Assembly: GCA_963759775.1 (NCBI GenBank)
Contig: CAVXAH010000001.1
Coordinates: 464,682 to 528,681 of the forward strand
Reading direction: 5' to 3'
From: an uncultured bacterium
GTDB taxonomy: Bacteria; Patescibacteriota; Minisyncoccia; Phycocordibacterales; Phycocordibacteraceae
DNA length: 64,000 nucleotides
This document shows, one piece after another, positions 16,813-26,100 of the stretch. The position numbers and the translations under genes were made by a program. Numbering within the stretch: position 1 is the first letter of the stretch; each line of letters starts with the position of its first letter. The notes beneath the pieces are model-generated. The model was not told the DNA's origin, did no database searches, and saw only the letters and a program-made list of their open reading frames with translations.

Positions 16813-17512
16813 TCAATCGAACAAGCGAAAGACAGGCATGATTACCGCTCGGAGGATCTTCGATGAAGTTTGGTAGAAAACTATGCATCTCGAAATTGTT
16901 CGCGAGATAAAACCCAAGTATAGGATCTGGTCGTACGAGTGACGGATACGTTTTCGCAGAACGCGGAAAGAGCGACCCGATCATGCCCTGTGTTAATCGC
17001 ACACACTCTCGAGCGTACCATATAGCAACATCTTCGCCGAACGGATCCTCATGCAAACCCGCCACGAGGGCGAATGCATTTATATAATCTCGGAAACCGA
17101 TAATGCGTGAAGTTCCGAAAGCAAATCGTCTGCCACTACGCCTCATGTGCCCAAGTACGGCTTTGAGAAGGATTTTTCCGGCACCACGATCGATTGAATT
17201 CAGCGTCAGCGCAGAAAAACAGTTACCTGTAGGAACATGCGTTTTGGCGATATATCCGTTATCAGTGAGTTCATCGTACGTTTTTGCTATGAGGTGCCCG
17301 TCGGGGTTAAAGTTAATAATTTGGAATGCACAGAACCCCACCAAGGAACCCCGATGCTCAATGACCATCACTCCTTCCGGATAAATGTTTAGCCACGATT
17401 CAACATGCTTCGCTGAAAACATCACGGCTCCGGTTTCCTTGTATGCCACCTGCTCGATACTCACAATCGCGCTGATATCTGTATTTACCGCAAACCGAGT
17501 ACGATATTCCAT
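16805..17512 (-). CDS. GNAT-like acyltransferase (tentative)
   Basis: Acetyl-CoA-binding-like motif IDRGAGKILLKAVLGHMRR after beta strands (VMVIEHRGSLVGFCAFQI). AAAGGAGAAG Shine-Dalgarno upstream. 8-nt overlap with the kinase gene. Confidence 0.5.
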   Translation of the reverse strand: MEYRTRFAVNTDISAIVSIEQVAYKETGAVMFSAKHVESWLNIYPEGVMVIEHRGSLVGFCAFQIINFNPDGHLIAKTYDELTDNGYIAKTHVPTGNCFSALTLNSIDRGAGKILLKAVLGHMRRSGRRFAFGTSRIIGFRDYINAFALVAGLHEDPFGEDVAIWYARECVRLTQGMIGSLFPRSAKTYPSLVRPDPILGFYLANNFEMHSFLPNFIEDPPSGNHACLSLVRLNA

Positions 17513-17547
17513 CAGAACTTCTCCTTTTGCTCAGAAAGAATTTTTAT

Positions 17548-17970
17548 CTAGAGCCGCAAATGCGGCTGGTTCGCCAAAAAAGAGAAGGGGAGCGCACCAA
17601 ACCGCTTACCGCGCACAATCTCTGATACCTCGTGCGACGTTGTTTGAAAGGCGTCCGCAAGAAGTGCCACGACCTGTGTGCTATCAAACCATTTACAGGA
17701 ATAGATATCGACAGTAACAAACCCGCGTTCTTTGTAAGTATGAATGCTGATATGAGATTCCATGATGAAGGTGAACCCAGAGAGACCGGCAATACCCGGT
17801 TCTTCCACTGAAATTACCTGCGGGAGCCCAAGGGGACGCATGCCGATTTTGTGTGGCAAATTCACAAGCACGCTATAGAGGTATTCCGAATCCTCAAGTA
17901 CACCACCGGGCGCGCCGTAGCCGTCAAAGGAGAGAAGGAGCCCATACGCATTTGAAGGAAGAGCATTCAT
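17548..17970 (-). CDS. S-adenosylmethionine decarboxylase-fold (SpeH/SpeD class 1) pyruvoyl-dependent decarboxylase proenzyme; substrate unknown
   Basis: Self-cleavage and active-site block GLSGFTFIMESHISIHTYKERGFVTVDIYSCK, compared with B. subtilis SpeD [32 protein letters not shown]. Start ATG 17970 forms an ATGA overlap with the upstream stop. Confidence 0.75.
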   Translation of the reverse strand: MNALPSNAYGLLLSFDGYGAPGGVLEDSEYLYSVLVNLPHKIGMRPLGLPQVISVEEPGIAGLSGFTFIMESHISIHTYKERGFVTVDIYSCKWFDSTQVVALLADAFQTTSHEVSEIVRGKRFGALPFSFLANQPHLRL

Positions 17971-18659
17971 TTCGTGACGATTGGCGCGAGGATTGTTTTG
18001 CTCTTCCAATACGCACAGTCTGCAGGAGGAGATACCTCACATATTTTTTTATCAATTCGAACAAAACCAGCATCGCGGAGCATCTTTAGATGAAGGAATG
18101 AGAAATCGTCTATTTCATCCGAGTAATACGTGAGAACACCCCCTGGCCTAAGTAGGCGATAGGCCTCTTTAAAGAAAGGGAAATGATTGCAATGAATGTC
18201 CTTTTCTGAGAGCGGATAAGTGTCAAAGAGAATTCCTGAAATGCTCCCATCAGGAATTTTAGTCGTCACGTCTTCCCAGAAACCAAAAAACGCGGCCACG
18301 GGGATGCGGGCTTCCTTTGCAAAGTGTGTAAGACGCTCATACACATCCGCATTTGCCTCTATCACAAAATGTTGCTCTAACGATTCTTTTTGGATGTAGC
18401 GTGCGGAAATTCCCATACCAAACCCGATTTCAAGCACGGTGCCACCTCTCCTCGTTGCAATATGCGCAAGCTCACACATATAAGAGTCTTCCCAGTCTTC
18501 CATGACCGGGTGGTTTTGAATGGTGAGCGTATGTTGGTCAAAATAGGCGAGTGCCGTTTTCCATGAATCGCGTTCGTTAAAGCCCAAAGCAAGACGTGCG
18601 TCACGAGTTTCTTTTCGAGCGTCTTCAAAAGAGCGAGTCTCAGTAAGAGCGAAATCCAT
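17967..18659 (-). CDS. Guanidinoacetate N-methyltransferase (GAMT/Rmt2) family SAM-dependent methyltransferase
   Basis: HPVMEDWEDSYM...GGTVLEIGFGMGISA...FWEDV...PDGSISGILFDTYPLSE...LLRPGGVLTYY...PPADCAYW...APIVTK aligns along its whole length with the mammalian GAMT sequence as I recall it. Confidence 0.75.
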   Translation of the reverse strand: MDFALTETRSFEDARKETRDARLALGFNERDSWKTALAYFDQHTLTIQNHPVMEDWEDSYMCELAHIATRRGGTVLEIGFGMGISARYIQKESLEQHFVIEANADVYERLTHFAKEARIPVAAFFGFWEDVTTKIPDGSISGILFDTYPLSEKDIHCNHFPFFKEAYRLLRPGGVLTYYSDEIDDFSFLHLKMLRDAGFVRIDKKICEVSPPADCAYWKSKTILAPIVTK

Positions 18660-18756
18660 ACAGATACCGTACGGGACACGCGCTCCAAGAATACTAAAAT
18701 ATTCCTCAATCGATGCCTAAAGAAAGATGAATATTTGCTGAAGACCCAACAAAACG

Positions 18757-19425
18757 TTAATTCCCTATTTTATAGCCACGACCCGGGATGGTGCGGATAA
18801 GCGTATGCGTATCGTGATCACCCAATTTTTTTCGCAAGGAAAGAATGTGGGATTCTATGGTATTTGAAAAAATGTCTGCGTTCATATCCCATACGTGCTC
18901 CAGGATCATTCCGCGAGAGAGAACGGAACCTTCATTCCGCATGAGGTATTCCAAAAGCATAAACTCTTTGCGAGTTAAATAAACCTCCTTACCATCATGA
19001 CGTACGATGCACTCACGCGTCAGAAGTACAATATTGCCAATCTGGAAGTTTTCTTTCTCTACGGGAAGAGGTCGACGTAAGAGTGCGCGTACACGGGCAA
19101 GAAGTTCGGCCAATGCAAAGGGCTTCGCAAGATAATCATCCGCGCCTGCGTCTAGGAGGTCCACTTTGCTCACGGTGTCATTCTTTACTGATACGACCAA
19201 GATGGGGAAGGTTCGTCCTGCGGCACGCATTTCGCGGCACACTTCTATCCCCGTTTTCTTAGGAAGACGATTATCCAAAATCATAAGGTCGTAATCATTG
19301 ATGACGCCGTAATGCGCGCCAACCTCACCATCCGGAGCGACATCAACCGCAAAATTTTCCGCCTCGAGCGACTCGCGAAGAAAGGAAGAGATTTTCGGTT
19401 CGTCTTCTACAACAAGGATGCGCAT
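18757..19425 (-). CDS. OmpR-family response regulator
   Basis: MRILVVEDEPKI...DLMILDNRLP...YLAKPF, plus a winged helix (LTRKEFMLLEYLMRNEG...IPGRGYKI). Confidence 0.9.
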   Translation of the reverse strand: MRILVVEDEPKISSFLRESLEAENFAVDVAPDGEVGAHYGVINDYDLMILDNRLPKKTGIEVCREMRAAGRTFPILVVSVKNDTVSKVDLLDAGADDYLAKPFALAELLARVRALLRRPLPVEKENFQIGNIVLLTRECIVRHDGKEVYLTRKEFMLLEYLMRNEGSVLSRGMILEHVWDMNADIFSNTIESHILSLRKKLGDHDTHTLIRTIPGRGYKIGN

Positions 19426-19753
19426 AACTTTTGTTGATGATGCATTATTAAAAATTATATCAGCACTTTATTAAAAACCTGGTGGAGGGGGACATGGACG
19501 GAATAATCGAAGACACTCTTCAGGAATTCTTCATTTTTTATTGAACTTGTTTTCATTCTTTGTTATCGTACGGCCATACTGAGGACAATTTGGTGCTGGT
19601 GGTATATGTATGAGACCCTCGAGGTCCCTCATTACCGCCAGCACCAAGCGGCCCTCAACTTTTTCTGTGCGTCTCGAGAGACGAGAATGTTACTATACCC
19701 CATAAAGTCCTTTTGACTTGAAACCCATGAAGTTTTTGCAAACAAATTTCTAA

Positions 19754-19924
19754 ATGGACGTCTTTATTGAATATCGCTGTTCTTGCGGGAAACTTCTTGG
19801 CAAAGGCAATATTCGCATGGGCGAAGTGCAGATAAAATGCAAACGTTGTGAAAACGTCTCATCTTTCGGAAGTACATCTACGTCAGAACAACCCCGCAAC
19901 GAAGATTTCGAGACAACGCCTTAA
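19754..19924 (+). CDS. Small zinc-ribbon protein (56 aa, Com-like CxC...CxxC); below the ORF-track length cutoff
   Basis: ATG 19754. MDVFIEYRCSCGKLLGKGNIRMGEVQIKCKRCENVSSFGSTSTSEQPRNEDFETTP*. It lies upstream of the giant gene on the same strand. Confidence 0.45.
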   Translation: MDVFIEYRCSCGKLLGKGNIRMGEVQIKCKRCENVSSFGSTSTSEQPRNEDFETTP

Positions 19925-20119
19925 TCTGCGCGTGACACTGAGCTACTTATTTTTGGATTGGTGAGAGTGTGTTATCCACAAGCTGTGTGTGGTGGGTGTC
20001 GGAAAGGGATATATAATCTCTCACAACAAAGTAGCGAGGCTCTCGAAGCCCGAATTCCGCAAGGAGTTCGGGCTTTGTTATTAGAGAGAAGCTCTTGAAG
20101 CTCAGGCATTTCGTATGAC

Positions 20120-23100
20120 ATGAGCTCCAACCAAATTCTTTCACATTACATCGCCACAGTTACTCTGCTTGGCATTTTTGTCGGCACGTTCTTATTTGCG
20201 ACACCTGTTTTTGCGGTCGTTTATCAGCCTGGGGAGACGCTGAACCCCGCATGCGCTCCCACGGACTCAAATTGCTATGTGCTTCCTCCTCTTACCGCAA
20301 CGACGACCGGTGCTTATGTTATTGGCGATCCCGTTTCAGGTGCAGCGCTCGCCGTTTCAACGACCAGCTCTCAATATCTCCTGTGGGTTGGGACCTCAAG
20401 CCCAGTCTTCACAGTAATGGCGACGACATCAACCGCGCACACAGGGCTTTCGCTCTCTTCCTTTACTCCAAGTGCTATCGCTAACACTCTTTATAATATC
20501 GCCGGGACTCTCTATTGGAATGGCTCGGCGCTCGGACTTGCTGGCGGAGGGCTTGAGACATTGAACGGCATTTCCACCACCTCGCAAACGCTCGCCGTCG
20601 GGTCATCAGGTACTGATTTTGGCATTGTCTCTTCCGTCAGTACACATACGTTTAACATTCCAACATCGTCAGCGACCGCGCGAGGACTGTTGTCATCAGC
20701 AGATTGGGCCACGTTCAATACTAAAGTGAGTACCACTCGCCAAGTTCTCTCAGGCACCGGACTTGCGGGTGGGGGTGATTTGAGCGCTGACCGCACCCTG
20801 ACCCTTGATATCAACAGTCTGGCATCTGATGGCACCACGAATTCAGCCGATCAACTCGCACTCTACGATGCCGACACCGGTACTGTTCGCAAAATGGCAC
20901 GCTCAACATTTCTTGCTCCCGTAACCGGCGCGTTGACATATCAAGGTCAATGGAACGCAAACACGAACACTCCGACGCTTTCTGACGGCACAGGTGCGCA
21001 GGGTCGGTACTATGTTGTTTCTGTTGCGGGGACGCAAAATCTCGGTTCGGGGAATATTGTTTTCAATATCGGTGATTGGCTGGTACACAACGGAACGGTC
21101 TGGGAAAAACTTAATAACTCAGTCTCTGTTTCGTCCGTTTTCGGGCGCACTGGCGGCGTCATTGCCTCAAATGGCGATTACACGGCAACCCAAATTACCA
21201 ATACTGCGGCAGGTACAATTTCAGCGACGACGGTCCAAGCAGCGCTGAATGAACTTGATACTGAAAAGCTTGCCACCGCTCTTGCAAACGGATCACTCTG
21301 GATCGGCAATGGTTCTGGTGCTGCTGTTGCGGTAGCACTTTCTGGAGATGCCACCGTTACAAACGCTGGGGTACTTACGATTGGCGCAGGCGCCATCACT
21401 TCAGGCAAAATTTTTGATGGAGCTATTGTTGATGCAGACGTAAATACGTCTGCCGCCATTGCACTTTCTAAACTCGCTTCTGGTTCCAGTATCGTTACCT
21501 CACTCGCGACACCCTCGGGCTCAAATGCAAGCGGAGGAGCGATTGCTTCCAATGTCTTAACTCTCTCACTTGCAGACGGAACGAACCCCGGCCTGGTTTC
21601 AACAGGTACGCAAACTATTGCTGGAGCAAAGACATTCAGTTCCGCCCCGACGCTCTCTTCCATGACTGCCGGCTCTCTCTTGTTTGCCGGCACGGGCGGT
21701 CTGATTTCTCAAAATAATGCGAATCTCTTTTGGGACAATACAAATGCTCGTCTTGGCATAGGAACGACTACTCCCTCGGCTTCTGTTGATATTGTCGCGG
21801 CAGGTTCAGCAAACGCGCTCACCATTTCTGGTGCGATCGCGCTTAAAAGAGGTGCGAATTTTTCAACAATAGGAACAAGTAACGATATTGATTTCGGCAA
21901 TACCTCGCTCATTCGACTTACGGGCGGTGCGGCACAGACTGTTACTGGTATTGCAAATGGCTCTGATGGAAAACTCCTCACGATTATGAACGCCGGGGGG
22001 AACGCCGCGACTATCTCCAATGCGCATACGGGTTCAGTCGCGGCAAACAGAATACTTACCGGTACAGGAGCAGACCTCACCCTTAATGCCGACGCTTCTA
22101 TTTTGCTCGCGTACGACTCTGGTACATCAGTGTGGCGCGTCATCGGCGGTTCTGGTGGCGGTGGTTCTTCAAACACAATCCAGACACTAACAGCAACAGG
22201 CAGTGTCTCTGGCTGGACAAGCACCGTCAAAGTTGACGCAACGACTGCATCGTTTACCGCGACGCTTCCAACGGCATCAGGTAATAGTGGAAAATCAGTA
22301 GAAGTAGTTAAGACGGACAACACGACCAATGCAGTTCTCGTCGCTCCATTTGCCGGACAAACTATCGGCGCTTCATCAACCGGCATCTACCTTTATTCGC
22401 AAGGCGACTCGGTCGTACTTCGATCCGATGGTACGAATATCCAGCTTGTTGCCGACAATCGCTCTAGCGTTGGACAGAGCAAGAGTTATATGAAAGTTAC
22501 CCGAAGCACTTCAGCGCAGAGCGTTACTGTGGGGAATGACATTCTCTTCAATAACACCGAAGCGTCTTTTGGTAGCGACATTTCGTATAATTCAGGCACA
22601 GGTGTTTTCACTTTGAAAGCAGGGAAGACATATCGCATGGAAGGAGTGTTGCGTAAAGACGGCGCTAATGGTTCAGGATACATTAATTACGGTTGGAGAA
22701 ATCAGACAACTTCTACTGATATAGGCACCGCGGCTGAAGCGTCATCGCCAAGCTACGGTACTGATTATGGAGACCAAGAACAGGCATCTGTTGTTATAAC
22801 CCCATCAGTAGATACTAATATTTCTTTGAGAGTTTTTGGTGCCAATAACGGTCTTGTTCTGACCGGGGGTTCATACGCATATGTAGAGGTTATTTCCACT
22901 CCGCAGAATGTGATTAATACGGTGGATACCTATCAGCAGGCTCTTACTGCAAATGTAAATGCGAATTCTACCGCGTACGTCAATACCGGATTAAGTGTGA
23001 GTTTGATTGCCGGGAAAACATATGAAATCGCAGCGGTGCTGTCCGGATATGTGAACACGGGTAACAACGCCGACGATTACATGTATGCGCGACTCTTCAA

Positions 23101-26100
23101 TGTGACGTCTGGCGCGGAAATTCCACAAACCGAGACGATAGTTACCAGTGGTCGGTCTGAAACTGGCGGATTTAAACCTGGTTCTGGATCGGGGACGATT
23201 ATTAAGCAGTACACTCCGTCTGTGAACACGACCATTCGCGTGGAAGTGCGTATGACGGCGACGAGCGGTGTGTCAACCGCAGAACTTTATGGTGGTACGG
23301 CGGGCAGAAGTTATCTTACTGTAAAACAACTCGGCTCCACCGCCTCAACGGGACTTGCGCTCAACAACATTCTCGGCGCAATGGCAGCAGGAAGTTTGGA
23401 CAACGCAAACTATGTGCAAGTGTGGAACTGGAGTACAGCAACTACCACGGCAACCACGACCGGCCTCTTCTCGCTTTCCGGAAACTCTCTGGTGTCCGGC
23501 AATCTTCTGCACCTCAACACGGCATCCGCGTCTTCAACCGCGCTCGCACTCAAAGTGAACGGCGCAACCGCCTTTCAGTACGGCAGCGACTTCGCAACGA
23601 CGACTGCGTATGCGCACAACGTTGACTTCGGGAATACCTCAAGCGTGCGAGTTAATGCGGCATCAGCTGCGTTCCAAGGAATTACGGGCATCACGGGCGG
23701 CGACGACGGCAGAATCATCACTCTTGTGAACGCTTCCTCAACCGCCGCGTTCACGCTTTTTAACGCCACCACATCATCAGCCGTCGCCAACCGCATCATT
23801 ACGGGCACGGGCGCTGACCTCACGATTGCGGCAGACGCGTCCGTACTTCTTTCTTATGACCCAACTGCCGCGCGCTGGAGAGTCATCGGAGGTTCTGGTG
23901 GCGGCTCATCACAAACCACCTTTGCTACACAGAGTTCTTCGCAGACACTTCCGGCTTCGACGTTCGGCACGACGCAAAAACTCAATGCTGCAAGCGGCAA
24001 CCTCACGATCACTCTCCCAACGGCAGTGGGGCAAAGCGGCAAATTCATTGAGTTCGTCAAAACGGACAACTCCGCAAACTCCGCGCGCCTCGTGGGGACA
24101 GGAAGCGAGCAGATCGCATCCACCACCTCGCTCTTTCTCTATTCGCAAAATGATGCGGTTACCGTTCGAAGCGATGGTGCGAATTGGCAGGTTGTTTCGG
24201 ATAACCGGGGAAGTGTTGGACAGAGCAAGAGCTATCTGCGCGGTCGTCCTGGCGCATCTCCGCAAACCGTCTCAGCAGTTGGCGACCTTACCTTGACTCA
24301 GACGAACGCGTTTGGTTCCGATATCTCAGTATCGAGTAATCAAATTACACTAACAACCGGCAAGACCTATCGCTTGACTGCCAATATATTTGCAGACTTT
24401 GCAGCTTCTACCGACGGCATGACTGTTGAGTGGGTTGATAGCACTAACACTACTCTCCCAAACAGTACCGCTTCTTTGAATCGACCATTAACCAATGGAA
24501 ATAATCAAGGGCAGACTCAATTCGCAGAAAGTATTATCACACCCACATCTGACACAGTGGTCAAATTGCGAGCAGTCTCGGTGAACGGAACAGCTTCTAT
24601 ATATAACAATCTCTCTGATTTCTACGTCGAAGTCATCTCCACTCCGCAGAATGTGATCAATACGGTGGAGTATGTCTCTGCTCGAGGCGACAATGACACG
24701 TGGAGCAGTGGTGCAGCAATTTCTCTTGCGACCTTGACCGGAAACATTCCAAACACGAACGGTGTCTTCACGCTGACCGCTGGCAAAACGTATCACCTGC
24801 GCGGTTCCATTAGATTTGCTCATACGGCCCAAGCAATTCAATATCAATGGCGTGACATCGGCAGCAGCTCGCTTATTGGCACAGGGGCATATCAGTTTGC
24901 TGATGATCAAACGGATCATCAGTACAGTCCTCAGCCGATTGCAGAAGCTATCTTTACTCCAACCACCAATACGACAGTACGTCTGGAAAATAAAATGGGT
25001 CTCGGTTTGACGATTGTTAGCTCTGAATCATGGGCAACCATTACGCAGGTCGGGTCCACGGGAAGCACTGGAGTCACACTGAATTCACTACTTGGCGCCA
25101 TTGCTGCCGGAACATTAGATTCTGCCAATTTTGTACAAACATGGAATTGGTCAACGCTTACGACTGGCAATGGTATGACGATGGCGGCAAACGCGCTCAC
25201 AACCGGCTCAATCTTGTCGATCACCTCATCAAATGCGTCACTCAACTCCACAAACGGTCTACTCTACGTAGCTAATACTGATGGTAGTACAAACGGGACG
25301 GTTGCCAGAATTCAATCCAATAGCACTGCCGGTTCTGGGCTTACGGTTCTTGCAAACGGTAATGTAGGCATTGGCACAAGTAGCCCCGCGAGCGTTCTGC
25401 ATGTTCAGGGTACTGGAATTTTCGGCTACAGTGGCGCTGATGTATTTTCAGCTGCGCTGACGCTTAGGAAAGATAGAGCGGGAGCGATTGTACAAAATGG
25501 CGACGAGCTCGGCTATATGACATTTAACGGTTACGATGGAGCCGCTTATCAGCGCGCAGCCCTTATCTTAGCAATTGCGGACGGCACTCCGGGGGCAAAT
25601 GACATGCCAGGGCGCTTGAGTTTTTACACGACGCCGGATGGTTCCGCTACCTCTCTTGAACGCATGCGAATTAACAACGCGGGATATATTGGCATAGGCA
25701 CTACCAGTCCGCGAAGTCGTCTCGAAGTCTATGACTCTGTCGAAAGTAGTGGTTGGGCTGGGAGAGGAATTTTCGGAGGAATAACAGCTGCGGTTGTGGC
25801 TGGACAATCAAACAGTATCGCGACTATTGGCGGACATAACGCAGCGCTTTCGTCGTGGGGCAGTTTGGCTATTAACCCAGGAGGGGGAAACGTGAGTATT
25901 CGTACGACGACCATGAGTCATGCTCTTCGTGTCGCTGGTATTGTGTGTCTTGATATAGATGCCGATGGTGTCTGCAACGACAATACGTCTGCGCTATCAG
26001 ACGCACGACTCAAAGAGAATGTTTCACCTATAGGCGGCATCGCGGGTCTTGATTTGATCAACAAATTAAACCCAGTCACCTTTACGTGGACGGGAGAAAA

